A stretch of 64,000 nucleotides of DNA from a bacterium (GTDB taxonomy: Bacteria; Patescibacteriota; Minisyncoccia; UBA6257; Colwellbacteraceae), in the NCBI GenBank assembly GCA_021787205.1, contig JAJYME010000004.1, positions 39,063-103,062 on the forward strand. The letters are read 5' to 3'. The translations under genes were made by a program, and so were the position numbers. A model generated the notes under the pieces. It was not told the origin of the DNA and made no database searches. It saw only the letters and a program-made list of their open reading frames with translations. Positions 18,426-29,600 of the stretch are shown here, in pieces (the stretch's first letter is position 1; every line of letters begins with the position of its first letter).

Positions 18426-20693
18426 ATGGAGAACGGAATTAAACACTTGAGTTCTGAGGAGGCAAAGAAAAAGTTGGATTTCTACGGTCCCAATATTTTG
18501 GAGGAAGAGAAGGTGTCCTTATTTATAAAAGTATTAAAATGGCTAGTTTCACCAATTTCGCTCATGCTTATAGCCGCCGCTGCTCTTTCTGAATTTTCAG
18601 GGAAAGATTTTGACTTCTACACCATTGTTTTTCTACTCTTTTTAAATTTTTTCATAACCTACTGGCAGGAAAAGAAGGCGGATACGGCAATAAGGCAATT
18701 GAAACAACGATTGATTACCACAGTTAATGTCCTAAGAGACGGTGATTGGGTTAAGTTAGATTCAAGATATTTGGTACCGGGCGACGCGATAAAGCTCTTT
18801 ATAGGAAACGTAATTCCTGCGGACCTAATCATTGATCAGGCAGATAATTTGATGGTCAACGAATCGACGATAACGGGAGAATCCCTGCCAAAATCAAAGG
18901 GTGCTGGCGAAACTCTTTATTCGGGATCGATTATTGTTACTGGCCGCGTGGTAGCGACAGTCCAATCTACTGGCAGCAAGACATATTTTGGTAAGACCCT
19001 CTCCTCGGTGGAAAGGGTTAAAAAAACCAGCATCCTGGAACAAGACATATTGAGTATTTCAAAGTACCTCTCGATTTTAAGTCTGGTCTGCATTTCAATC
19101 CTGACAATCCTTTTCTTGCTCGCAAAACAGCCGCTGATAGAGATCATGACTCTTGACCTTAGTCTTTTGATAGCCGGAATTCCAATTTCTTTGCCGACGG
19201 TCATGACGCTTATAATAAGTTTCGGAGTCTTGGAGTTGGCAAAAAAGAACGCTATCGTGAGGCGCATCTCGTCATTGGAGGATTTGGCTAATGTAGACAT
19301 CGTCTTAAGCGATAAGACCGGAACTTTAACCAAAAATAAACTTTCAGTCCAGCAAATAATCGGTTATAAGAAAACACCTGATGAGGTTTTGACTTATGCC
19401 TATCTGTCTGCTTACAATGATGCTGACAACCCAATAAGCGCCGCAGTCATTGATAAGTTTGAGAAGTCGGGAATCAGATTGCCAAATGATATCGTTTTTG
19501 GTGACATGGTGCCGGCAGATGGAAACAATAAGAGATCGACCACCGCGGTGACGGTCAATGGAAATAAAAAGGTATTGGCCTTCGGGGCTCCCCAAGTGGT
19601 GGGCGCCCTATGCGAGGAGGGGGGAGATCTTATAGACAAAGACATTGTCAGATCGGCGTCAAAAGGGTGGCGCATGCTTGGAGTCGCTTTAAAGGAAAAC
19701 GAAAAATGGATTTTGGCTGGAAGCTTGGCTATAGCTGATGATTTATGGGAAGATTCGGGTGAGGTGGTATCCTTTTTGCGCGAACAAGGAGTAGCGGTAA
19801 AAATGGTCACCGGCGACAATCGGGCCATTGCCCAATATATAGGAGAGAAATTGGGAATTGAATCTGAAAATGTCTACTACGAGGTTTTTCCTGAAGATAA
19901 GTACAAACTTGTCTTAAGGGAAAAAGAGGGCCATCACATCGTAGCTTCTACCGGAGACGGAATAAATGACCTGCCCGCTCTTAAGGCCGCCAATGTCGGA
20001 GTTGCAGTTCAAAATGCCGTGGACGCCCTGAAGGGAGCCGCCGATATAGTTCTTCTATCGCCCGGATTGGCTGTCATTAAAGATGCCATAATAGAGTCGA
20101 GAAAAATATTTCAGAGACTCTATAACTATTCTATTTACAGAGTTTCGGAAAGTTTCAGATTAATTCTTTCAATATTCGCGCTGGGGCTGATTGTCGGAGC
20201 CTATCCTTTAACTCCAGTCCAGTTGATAATACTGGCGCTGTTAAACGATATCCCAATTATCTCCCTGGCTTTTGACCGGGTGAAAATAACGAATAAGCCA
20301 TCAAGGATACAAGTACTAAGAAGGTTTATCATAAGTAGTAGTTACGGATTGATTGGAGTTGCAAACAGCGTCGCTTTTTTCTTATTGGCTGTCTACGTTT
20401 TTCATATTTCAACACCTATCGTCATGACTCTATTTTTCTTGAAATTGACGATAGGCGGGCATATGTTGATATACGTGGCCCATACAGAAGAAAAATGGTG
20501 GAGGTTCCTTCCAAGTAAGCAGGTAATCTTTGCAACGACGGTTACTCAAGCCATTGCGACAATTCTGGCCCTGATGGGTATTTTTATGGAGAAAGCGCCT
20601 TGGCAACTGGTCTTCTTTGTATGGGTTTGGGCGTTTTTCTGGATGCAGGTTTCCGAGCTATTCAAATTAATTTTCACCAAAGATGGGAAATAA
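18426..20693 (+). CDS. P-type ATPase, plasma-membrane H+-ATPase-like (P3A)
   Basis: TGES, GIPISLP, DKTGT, TGD, GDGIND; LLND in TM6. Confidence 0.85.
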   Translation: MENGIKHLSSEEAKKKLDFYGPNILEEEKVSLFIKVLKWLVSPISLMLIAAAALSEFSGKDFDFYTIVFLLFLNFFITYWQEKKADTAIRQLKQRLITTVNVLRDGDWVKLDSRYLVPGDAIKLFIGNVIPADLIIDQADNLMVNESTITGESLPKSKGAGETLYSGSIIVTGRVVATVQSTGSKTYFGKTLSSVERVKKTSILEQDILSISKYLSILSLVCISILTILFLLAKQPLIEIMTLDLSLLIAGIPISLPTVMTLIISFGVLELAKKNAIVRRISSLEDLANVDIVLSDKTGTLTKNKLSVQQIIGYKKTPDEVLTYAYLSAYNDADNPISAAVIDKFEKSGIRLPNDIVFGDMVPADGNNKRSTTAVTVNGNKKVLAFGAPQVVGALCEEGGDLIDKDIVRSASKGWRMLGVALKENEKWILAGSLAIADDLWEDSGEVVSFLREQGVAVKMVTGDNRAIAQYIGEKLGIESENVYYEVFPEDKYKLVLREKEGHHIVASTGDGINDLPALKAANVGVAVQNAVDALKGAADIVLLSPGLAVIKDAIIESRKIFQRLYNYSIYRVSESFRLILSIFALGLIVGAYPLTPVQLIILALLNDIPIISLAFDRVKITNKPSRIQVLRRFIISSSYGLIGVANSVAFFLLAVYVFHISTPIVMTLFFLKLTIGGHMLIYVAHTEEKWWRFLPSKQVIFATTVTQAIATILALMGIFMEKAPWQLVFFVWVWAFFWMQVSELFKLIFTKDGK

Positions 20694-20774
20694 GAGCAAA
20701 GCCTTCGTTAATTGACGCTACTTGTTTTTTGTTGTACAAATCAGTTAGAAATCTTTAAGAAGGAGGAATTCTCT

Positions 20775-21341
20775 TTGAGCGTAACGTTAAGACGAGAAGA
20801 AGGTGCCGAGACGATAGTGAGATGCTTTTTGGAGGCATCCATTTACGGAAACTGTTATCCGTTCGCGATTGCGATGCACAGAGGTCTTGGCTGGCAGATA
20901 ATCGGTCTATTCAGGGAGCAGAAGATAATCCATGCGGGCGTGAAGTCTCCGGAGGGAAAAATCTGGGACGGCCGCGGCGAGATATCCGAATTTCAGTTCA
21001 CGGAGCCATTTCTGGCTGCTTCTAATATTCCGGCAATCACAGACATAACCGAGAGCGATCTTTTTTCAAGGGATGACGTCAGCGAATATATGATCGAGGA
21101 TTATCTTGAGAAAGCTCAGATGATTTGGCCAGACCTTCCATGGATGGGCCAAACCATAAGGCAGCAGGTAACAGCCTTTGCCGAGGAGCTGGAAGCGCTT
21201 AGTCGGAAATACAAGCTTTGGGTGTGCGCTCCATTGCTTGGAATGACGCCGGTTCTCTTTAGGGGACAAGGCGATGAAAAAGGCTATGGAATCTCGGTGA
21301 CCGGAGATGGAGTCACTTACACCATAAACAGGGAACTCTGA
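20775..21341 (+). CDS. Hypothetical protein
   Basis: Long ORF; AAGGAGG upstream of TTG 20775; GNCYPFAIAMH and IHAGV segments; terminator follows. Confidence 0.65.
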   Translation: MSVTLRREEGAETIVRCFLEASIYGNCYPFAIAMHRGLGWQIIGLFREQKIIHAGVKSPEGKIWDGRGEISEFQFTEPFLAASNIPAITDITESDLFSRDDVSEYMIEDYLEKAQMIWPDLPWMGQTIRQQVTAFAEELEALSRKYKLWVCAPLLGMTPVLFRGQGDEKGYGISVTGDGVTYTINREL

Positions 21342-21489
21342 TCCCGACCCCGATTTTTTCGGGGTCTTTTTTTTGCATTTTTCAAAAGAATAAAAAGTTG
21401 GTCGGATATCAGAACCGGGCTATTTTTTCGGATCAGAATCGTCGCGTCCGGGTATCTTTAAAAACGACAGTTGTGATATAATCAATCCA

Positions 21490-22095
21490 ATGAAAACTTC
21501 ACGTAAGGTTAAGAAGAATCCAGCTTTGCGAAGCGTTCTTTTAATCATTCCCTGGCTGATCATTATAATAGCTTTCGCGGCTCTGGGGGTAAAAGCGATG
21601 GATCCGGCAATCGTAACCATCCTGATGTTCTCCTTTACCGCCATGTATTTTGTGACAATCCTTTTGATAGAGGAAGACAAGATGAATGATAGGGCGATCG
21701 CCGCCATTTTCAGTTTCGTTGTCGTTATTGGGTTGGGGTTGTGGCAGATAAACAACATCAACAGGGAAGCGGATGTCAAAATGATCCAGATGGAAGATAG
21801 GCTCAACCAGGAAATAACCGATTCGCGCAAATCAACAACCAATCCTATACAATACATTGAATACAAGTGCCTTAAGGGAAAACACCTATCCGGTCTTTTT
21901 TATGAGAACAGCGCGACCGTGACCTTGTCTGACTCGAGAATCTTCAACCTCCAGAGAACGGTATCGGCCGATGGCCAACGTTTTGCAAGTGAGAATGATA
22001 AGACAGTCTTTTGGATCAAAGGAGAAACTGCCAGGTTTGACGAAGGCAGCAAGACTGTTTATGAGGGTTGTGAGATAATAAAAGGACAGCAATAA
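21490..22095 (+). CDS. Membrane protein with C-terminal MliC/PliC-like domain
   Basis: Three TM, then Y.C, L..TVSADG.RFA, VFWIKGETA and terminal C. Confidence 0.75.
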   Translation: MKTSRKVKKNPALRSVLLIIPWLIIIIAFAALGVKAMDPAIVTILMFSFTAMYFVTILLIEEDKMNDRAIAAIFSFVVVIGLGLWQINNINREADVKMIQMEDRLNQEITDSRKSTTNPIQYIEYKCLKGKHLSGLFYENSATVTLSDSRIFNLQRTVSADGQRFASENDKTVFWIKGETARFDEGSKTVYEGCEIIKGQQ

Positions 22096-22126
22096 AAAAA
22101 CACCAACAAGGGTGTTTTTTTATTGC

Positions 22127-23971
22127 TTAAATCAATCGGCGTTTTATAAGAGAGGATATTCTTAGAGAATTCACCAGAGGAAAGAGGTCCGAAATGAGAT
22201 TGTAGGCGGCAGCCCCAGTCGGTCCGATGATTCCAGCGAAGACGAGGATAAGGCCAAGGACGTTCGAGATTCCCCAAATCCAAAAGTCCTGAACGGAAAT
22301 CTGTTTGGCGATCCTCCCGATCCTGATTGATTCGGGGATGGTGGATAAATCATCATTCATCAAGACTATCTGGGCAGAATCGATTGTCCCTTCCATACCT
22401 CTTCCACCCATGGCAATCCCGACATTGGCAATAGATAGAGCGGCCGCATCGTTTATCCCATCGCCAACCATGGCAACCGAACTTTCTCTTTCTAACTCTT
22501 TGATAATCTCAACTTTGTTTTCCGGAAAGAGATTAGCTCGCCATTCGTCGATACCCGATTTTTCAGCAATTAGCTTGGCCGTCTGAGGATTGTCTCCGGT
22601 TAGCATAATGATTTTTCCGATCCCTAGCGAATGGAGGTCAGAAACGGCGTCGGGGGTATTGCTTTTAACTTCGTCAGCGGCCGAGACGAATCCGACGACG
22701 AGGTTGTTTTTGGTAACGAAGGAGACGCTTCGTCCGGAAGCTCTTGCTTCTTCCGCTGCATTTTTCAGACCTGGCGGAATCTCGATCCCTTTCTCTTCGG
22801 CCAGGATTTGTTTGCCAAAGATGATCTGATCTTTCCCGTGTCTGGCAATCACACCTTTTCCACCCATTTCATCAACCGTTTCCGGGATTGGCCACGAGAC
22901 CTTCTCTTCTGTGGCTCGGGCTATGATCGCTTTGGCGATGGGGTGGTTCGACTTAACGCTTCCGATCGCGGCCGTCTCGAGAACATCTTTCTTGGAGAAA
23001 GAGGGTCCGGGGGTTATCTCTGTCACGACCAGCGTCCCGGTTGTCAGCGTTCCAGTCTTATCAAAGACAACCGTATCAACCTTAGCTAGCATTTCCAAGT
23101 GTCTGGCGCTTTTGATGATGATCCCAAGGCTGGAGGCCTTACGAATTGCTTCCAGGTAGGCGAGGGGAATAGCAACTGCGATATCATCGGCGCAGACTAC
23201 CAGGACTATCGCTAAGACGAATTGCAGGTTTCTGGTTATAAGATAAAGGACGGCGGAAATGAATAATATGGAGATAAGATATATCTTTCCAAATTTCTCT
23301 CCCATTGTCTGGACGCTCGGTTTCTGGTTTCTGGCGGACTCAATAAGGCTTATTATCTTTTCCAGAGTGGTGTCTTTGCCGATCCTGGTCGTTCTGACTC
23401 GGATATTGCCTGACTTTATCAAGGTCGAGCTTAAGACGAGATCGCCCTTATTCTTATCAACGGGCAATGATTCGCCGGTGATAGATGATTCATCAACGGC
23501 GGCACCGCCTGAAATAATAATGCCATCAATCGGTATTCTTTCTTCAATTCCGATGATGATTATGTCTCCGATCCTTATTTTCTCAATAGGAGTTTTGACG
23601 AGAGCACCGTTATTCTCGACTAGGGCGATATTGGGTCGGAGCTTCAGGAGACTCTTTATATTTTTTTGAGTCCGATCCTTTGTCACTTCTTCCAGAATCC
23701 TGGCGGCGGCAAGCATTAATTCGATGAAGACCGCGGAAGCCCATTCCCGATTAAGGAGGGCAAAAAAGAGAGCAACCGAAGCCAGAAGGCTCATTGATTG
23801 CCAATCCTTATGACGAAAGGCTTGATAAGCATCCCAAGCAACTGGGGAGAATCCAACGAGGGAGATAGCAACGAGGAGGGTATTGCTGACTAAGCCAGCA
23901 TAGTGAAGAGCCAAGGTACCTATCAAAATCGCGGTAAGGATGATATCTAACCGGCGCTTAAAGGCATTCAT
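22127..23971 (-). CDS. Heavy-metal P1B-type ATPase with atypical TM motif
   Basis: TGES, DKTGT, SNHP, TGDN, GDGIND; VVCADDIAVAIP where CPC/SPC is usual; no N-terminal HMA. Confidence 0.88.
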   Translation of the reverse strand: MNAFKRRLDIILTAILIGTLALHYAGLVSNTLLVAISLVGFSPVAWDAYQAFRHKDWQSMSLLASVALFFALLNREWASAVFIELMLAAARILEEVTKDRTQKNIKSLLKLRPNIALVENNGALVKTPIEKIRIGDIIIIGIEERIPIDGIIISGGAAVDESSITGESLPVDKNKGDLVLSSTLIKSGNIRVRTTRIGKDTTLEKIISLIESARNQKPSVQTMGEKFGKIYLISILFISAVLYLITRNLQFVLAIVLVVCADDIAVAIPLAYLEAIRKASSLGIIIKSARHLEMLAKVDTVVFDKTGTLTTGTLVVTEITPGPSFSKKDVLETAAIGSVKSNHPIAKAIIARATEEKVSWPIPETVDEMGGKGVIARHGKDQIIFGKQILAEEKGIEIPPGLKNAAEEARASGRSVSFVTKNNLVVGFVSAADEVKSNTPDAVSDLHSLGIGKIIMLTGDNPQTAKLIAEKSGIDEWRANLFPENKVEIIKELERESSVAMVGDGINDAAALSIANVGIAMGGRGMEGTIDSAQIVLMNDDLSTIPESIRIGRIAKQISVQDFWIWGISNVLGLILVFAGIIGPTGAAAYNLISDLFPLVNSLRISSLIKRRLI

Positions 23972-24029
23972 GGCTTTATTTTAACATAAAAGACCGAGTC
24001 TGTATTGAAGCTGAAAGCGGACGACTGGT

Positions 24030-24085
24030 TTGACACTCACTTTCGAGAAAGATATGATTATAAAAATAACCTCCCGGGTAGGTAT
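24030..24085 (+). promoter_or_regulatory. Promoter and CsoR-like operator ahead of the copper cluster
   Basis: TTGACA-17 nt-TATGAT (24030-24058) then ATAACCTCCCGGGTAGGTAT (24066-24085), a C/G-tract pseudo-palindrome. Confidence 0.55.
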
Positions 24086-24094
24086 CCCAAAACA

Positions 24095-24532
24095 ATGAAG
24101 AATAACGCAATAAAAAAAATCTTTTCATCTTTTTTGATCGGGTTAATGTTGATTATCAACGGTTTTTGCGTTTTTCAATTTGTCTTCTCGGGAGTATCGG
24201 TTGTCGAGGAAGCCCAGGCGGCGACCATCGAAGCCGCCCCTCAGCCAGCCAACGCTTGCGGGAGAATAAAAGACGAAGGAAATGACCACTCCAATCATCT
24301 AATGATGAGCGAGGCCGGTGAGGCCACTTCGCATTTTTCTTGTTGCGTTGACGGATCACATAGGAACGTCCTGGATGCTGTCAACTTTGCTGAGTTCTTT
24401 CACCAAGTGGCACCGGTAACACTAATTGCCTCGGAGCAGCTTTCTCTAGATCTTGAGGCGAGCCCTATTGTTGGCCAGAGCTTACCAGCCCCCAATCTCT
24501 CGATAGTCAAGACAACGGTGCTGCGCAGATAA
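24095..24532 (+). CDS. Cys/His-containing membrane-anchored protein leading the copper cluster
   Basis: TM helix, DHSNH and HFSCC..SH, C-terminus LPAPNLSIVKTTVLRR; ATG 24095 lies downstream of the promoter. Confidence 0.7.
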   Translation: MKNNAIKKIFSSFLIGLMLIINGFCVFQFVFSGVSVVEEAQAATIEAAPQPANACGRIKDEGNDHSNHLMMSEAGEATSHFSCCVDGSHRNVLDAVNFAEFFHQVAPVTLIASEQLSLDLEASPIVGQSLPAPNLSIVKTTVLRR

Positions 24533-24619
24533 AGTTTAAAATTTGTAGATATAATCCCAGAGCAGCAAATCAATGTTGTGTTTTTGCTGTTCTTTAGAAA
24601 ACAAATATTTAAATTATTT

Positions 24620-26470
24620 ATGTCAAAAAAAATTATAAAAGTGCCGATAAAAGGCATGCATTGCAGATCTTGTGAACTTTTAATCGAGGAAAAAATAAGA
24701 CCGATAAAACGCGTTGTCGATGTCAAAGTCGACCATATGAAGGGGGAGGCAGAAATCTTTTACAAAGAAAACAGCCCCGCTCCCGATATGAAATCAATAA
24801 AAGAAGCCGTAGTCGAAGCCGGTTACGAAATCGGGGTGGCGGAAGAGCTTCCCTTTATTACCAGAAACAAACAGGAATATATCAATCTCGGGATAGCCTT
24901 CTTGGTCTTGATGATCATATACCTGATCCTGAAGACTACCGGTTTGACGGATATAAACCTTAATCCGAGCACTGGAAATCCCGGATGGGGCTTGATGATT
25001 TTGATAGGCCTGGTGGCTGGGTTTTCAACTTGTATGGCGCTTATCGGCGGATTGCTGCTGGGAGTCTCGGCAAAATATGCCGAGAGCCATCCGGAAGCGA
25101 CTCCGGCCCAAAAGTTCCGCCCCCACATATTCTTTGTGATAGGAAGGGTGCTCTCGTACGCATTCTTTGGCGGGCTGTTAGGACTATTAGGAACAGCCTT
25201 TAAAGTCTCTTCGACCATGAATGGAATCATTACCATTGCTGTCGGAGGAGTAATGTTGCTTATGGGCTTACAGCTTATCAATATCTTCCCACGATTGAAT
25301 AAGGTAAAGATAACCTTGCCGAAGGGTGTGGCGCGAAAACTCGGAATAAACCAGAAGGATGGAGAGTATAGTCATAGAAACTCGATCCTAATGGGAGCAA
25401 TGACATTCTTCCTGCCTTGCGGTTTTACTCAAGCGATGCAGCTTTATGCGATAAGCACCGGAAACTTCTTCGCGGGAGCGATGACTATGGGGCTGTTCGC
25501 CTTAGGAACGGCGCCCGGTCTCCTGAGTATCGGGGGAGTCACCTCAGTCGTTCAGGGCAAATTCAAGGAGAGATTCTTCAAGACCGCTGGTTTAGCCGTC
25601 CTATTCTTCGGATTATTTAACGTTAGCAACGGTTATAGCTTGGCCAGTATGAGTTTTGGCGGATATTCTTCTGGTGAAGGGAGAGCGGCGGTGATCAATG
25701 ACAAGAACGTAAAATTGGAAAATGGAGTCCAGGTAGTTAGAATGATTGAAGGCACAGCCGGATATTCACCCAATGCTTTTTCCATTAAAAAAGGAGTTCC
25801 GGTCAAATGGATAATCAACGCCCAAAATCCATATTCGTGCGCCAGCTCGATCATACTTCCTAAGCTGGGGATTTCAAAAAATCTTGAGGCGGGAGAAAAT
25901 ATTATCGAGTTTACTCCTGAAGAAACGGGCAGACTGCCATTCTCCTGCTCGATGGGTATGTATAAAGGGGTGTTCAATGTTTATGACGGAGATGGAGGTT
26001 TGGGTAATGCCCAGGGTGAATCGAAGGATGAAACTTTGGCTGATGACAGCGCTGACAACTACACCGCCCCGACCCAGGCGGCGCCGGTGCCATCGGGATC
26101 GTCATCATGTACTATGGGGGGTTGCGGTTGCGGAGGAGGAGCTCAGAATGTCACAAAAGACACCGAAGACACCCAGGCGAAGGTAGAGGACGGCGTCCAG
26201 ACAATTAACAGCACCTATACCTCGAGCAAATATTTGTCACCAAACTCCTTCAGGGTAAAAGCAGGAAAGACGGTGAAGTTTACGATTGACGTCAAGGATG
26301 ATGGAAGGGGCTGCGGATACGCAATAACCGTTCCCGGATTGTACGATAACATCGTCCCCTTGGTTGGCGGCAAGAAAATTGTCATGCAATTCAAGCCGAC
26401 CGCTCCCGGGAAATACGACATTACCTGCGGAATGGGAATGATCCGTTTCGGAACAATCGTTGTCGAATAA
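24620..26470 (+). CDS. HMA + DsbD_2/TauE-like membrane domain + two cupredoxin-like domains
   Basis: GMHCRSC; STCMALIGG and FFLPCGFTQ; FSCSMGM and ITCGMGM. Confidence 0.88.
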   Translation: MSKKIIKVPIKGMHCRSCELLIEEKIRPIKRVVDVKVDHMKGEAEIFYKENSPAPDMKSIKEAVVEAGYEIGVAEELPFITRNKQEYINLGIAFLVLMIIYLILKTTGLTDINLNPSTGNPGWGLMILIGLVAGFSTCMALIGGLLLGVSAKYAESHPEATPAQKFRPHIFFVIGRVLSYAFFGGLLGLLGTAFKVSSTMNGIITIAVGGVMLLMGLQLINIFPRLNKVKITLPKGVARKLGINQKDGEYSHRNSILMGAMTFFLPCGFTQAMQLYAISTGNFFAGAMTMGLFALGTAPGLLSIGGVTSVVQGKFKERFFKTAGLAVLFFGLFNVSNGYSLASMSFGGYSSGEGRAAVINDKNVKLENGVQVVRMIEGTAGYSPNAFSIKKGVPVKWIINAQNPYSCASSIILPKLGISKNLEAGENIIEFTPEETGRLPFSCSMGMYKGVFNVYDGDGGLGNAQGESKDETLADDSADNYTAPTQAAPVPSGSSSCTMGGCGCGGGAQNVTKDTEDTQAKVEDGVQTINSTYTSSKYLSPNSFRVKAGKTVKFTIDVKDDGRGCGYAITVPGLYDNIVPLVGGKKIVMQFKPTAPGKYDITCGMGMIRFGTIVVE

Positions 26471-26484
26471 AATAATCAAAAAAG

Positions 26485-26688
26485 ATGAAAACAAATTATA
26501 AAATAGAAGGATTGACTTGCGGCGCCTGCGTAAAGCTTGCCTCGAACCGCATTAAAAAGATAGCCGGAGTCCAGGAGGTCGATATCGACATCAAATCTGG
26601 AACACTCAGTATCACAAGCGATGGGGAGTTAAGCGTTGAAAGCCTAAACGAGAGTTTGGCTGACACCGAATATAAAGTAAAAAAATAA
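26485..26688 (+). CDS. copZ: Copper chaperone (HMA domain)
   Basis: GLTCGAC in a 67-aa protein upstream of copA. Confidence 0.85.
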   Translation: MKTNYKIEGLTCGACVKLASNRIKKIAGVQEVDIDIKSGTLSITSDGELSVESLNESLADTEYKVKK

Positions 26689-26693
26689 AAATC

Positions 26694-29600
26694 ATGTCGG
26701 AAAGAATAATATTGGATGTTAGGGGAATGCATTGCGCATCCTGTGAAAAAATAATATCCGAAGAGCTGAGTGACCTTGGGGGAATCTCAGATATAAGCGC
26801 CGATGCCAAAAAGGGGAGGGTCGTTGTGACTATTAATGAGGGCGTCACTCAGAACGAGGTCATTAATTCGATAAGAAAAGCGGGATATGAAGCGACGGTG
26901 GCCGAGGTCACTCCGCTCAGCCCGGCTTCAAATGATATAGCGATTCAGATAAAGAAGGGCGGTGAGTCTCGGGATCTCAAGATGAGGTTGAGCTCCCACA
27001 TCGAAGCCGACGGAAAGATATTTGAGAACAATACCTTCGAAGGAAAGATAAAAAACAGCAGACAAGCCGAGTTTGTAATCCCGGAGAATGAGACGGAAAT
27101 CGGGGATTTAGCCGAAAAGCTTAAGACCGCAGTCGATTTTCCCGCCCTGTTTGACTCGGTTTTCAGTGGCGGCAATAAGGAAGCAGCTTCTTCAGGGTTG
27201 GAAAAAGAAAAACAACTCACGACTTCACCGGCTGTCTCAACTGCGGATGAAAATAAGAGGGTTAGCTTGTCGCTTTTTGGAATGCACTGCTCATCCTGCG
27301 CGGCGATCATCGAGCGTTCTATCAAGAAGGTGCCTGGCGTTAAGCAGGCCAGCGTCAATTTTGCCGCTGAAAAAGCAACCGTCGTTTTCGACGGATCGGC
27401 AACAGATACAGGCAGCCTTGTGAAAGCGATCGAGAAAGCGGGATATAGGGCGGAGTTGGTTGATACAAGGGACCAAGATTATGATCGCAAGAAGAGGGAT
27501 GGGGAAATCAAGTCGTATTTGAAGAAGTTTTGGTGGAGCTCCGCTCTAAGCTTGCCCATGCTTTACTTTATGCTTTTCGATTTCTTTGCCATTCCCGGGA
27601 AAGCGGCGGTTCTGCCGTACATAGGTATAATCTCGCTAATTCTGACGATTCCGATCCAATTCGTAATCGGTTCGGGATTCTATAGGGGAATGTATTCATC
27701 TTTAAAAATGAAAACATTCAACATGGACAGCTTGATAGCCATCGGAACATCTACTGCTTTCATATACAGCACCGTAAACTTTTTTACTTATTTTTATAAG
27801 ACGGGTTCGCTTATCGGATTGAACGGAAAGATTCCCGAATTGTATTTTGAAACAGCAGCATTTTTGATAACTTTCGTAATCTTGGGCAAGTGGCTCGAGA
27901 TGAGAACCAAGGGCAGGACTGGAGATGCGATAAAGAAGTTAATGGGGCTCCAAGCGAAGACGGCGAGGGTTTTCCGGGACAGCAAGATCTTAGATATCCC
28001 AATAGAAGAGGTGGTAGCTGGAGACATCGTCATCGTCCGTCCTGGAGAGAAGATTCCCGTCGATGGACAAATTGTAAAGGGTTCTTCCGCCGTTGACGAA
28101 TCGATGATAACTGGAGAAAGCCTTCCCGTTGAAAAGAATGAGGGAGATAAAGTAATCGGAAGCACGGTTAATAAAACGGGAAGTTTTGAATTCAGAGCGA
28201 CTCGCGTCGGTTCTGAAACAGCCTTAGCTCAAATAATCAGATTAATCGAGGAGGCGCAGGGATCAAAGGCGCCAATCCAGGGATTCGCGGATAAGATCTC
28301 AGCAGTCTTTGTTCCGCTAGTGATCGGACTGGCCCTGCTGACATTTATTGTCTGGTACTTTGTCATCGGATCATCGCTGACATTTGCCTTAATGGCCTTT
28401 ACGGCAGTAATCGTTATCGCTTGCCCGTGCGCCTTAGGTCTTGCCACTCCGACATCATTGATGGTCGGAACGGGAAAGGGCGCCGAATATGGAATCTTAG
28501 TCAAAGGGGGAGAGCCCTTGGAGGCTGCCTGCGGAATAGACGCCATAATTTTTGACAAGACCGGAACTCTGACTAAAGGAAAACCGGAGGTGACTGATAT
28601 AGTCCCATTCGAATCATTAGAGGAGGACGAGGTCTTGGAGATTTCGGCGAGCTTGGAGAAACTGTCCGAACACCCTTTGGCGGAAGCTATTTATACTTAT
28701 GCAAACGAAGAAGGTCTTTCTCTTAGGGAGGTGGACGGATTTGAAGCCATCCCAGGTCATGGAGTGAAGGGCAGGGTGGACAACGTCGAATATTATTTTG
28801 GAAATCGCAGGCTGATGACAAACATTCTCGGCCTTCAGATAGAGAAGATAAACCGCAAGCTGATAAAGCTTGAAGAGCAGGGAAAGACAGCGATGATCCT
28901 TGCCGGAAAGGAAAGGATCTTAGGCGCGATTGCCGTTGCCGATACTGTCAAGCCAACCTCGGCGGAAGCGGTGGCTAAGCTAAAGAAGATGGGTATCGAT
29001 ATCTGGATGATTACTGGAGACAATGAGCGCACCGCCAAAGCGATTGCCCAGCAGGTTGGCATCACAAACATATTGGCTGACGTCTTGCCTGAAGATAAGG
29101 CAAACGAGGTAAAGAAATTACAATCGACCGGAAAGAAAGTAGCCATGGTTGGAGACGGCATAAATGATGCTCCGGCTTTGGCCCAGGCAAACTTGGGAAT
29201 AGCAATGGGGTCAGGGACTGATGTGGCTATGGAGGCTGGGGGCATCGTGATCATAAAAAACGATCTTAATGATGTCGTTACAGCGCTTAAGTTGTCCAGG
29301 GAAACCATGGCAAAGATCAAACAGAATATGTTCTTTGCTTTGTTCTACAATGTAATCGGGATCCCGATCGCGGCCAGGGTATTTATGGTTTTCGGTTTAG
29401 TGTTGAAGCCGGAGTTGGCGGGGCTAGCGATGGCTCTGAGCTCGATATCAGTTGTCAGCAATTCGTTGCTACTCAGGTATTTCAAGCCAAACAGAAGGAA
29501 TTATATTTCCCTGATCGCTCCAGTCGTGATGATCCTGATATTTACCTTCGGATTCATTCAATTCGCTAAAACCAGCTCAAACATGGAGAAGCAAGAAATG

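Noticed and set aside
12904-22095. Integron cassette array
   Set aside because: Genes have mixed orientation and their own promoters; no repeated attC-like sites or integrase were seen.
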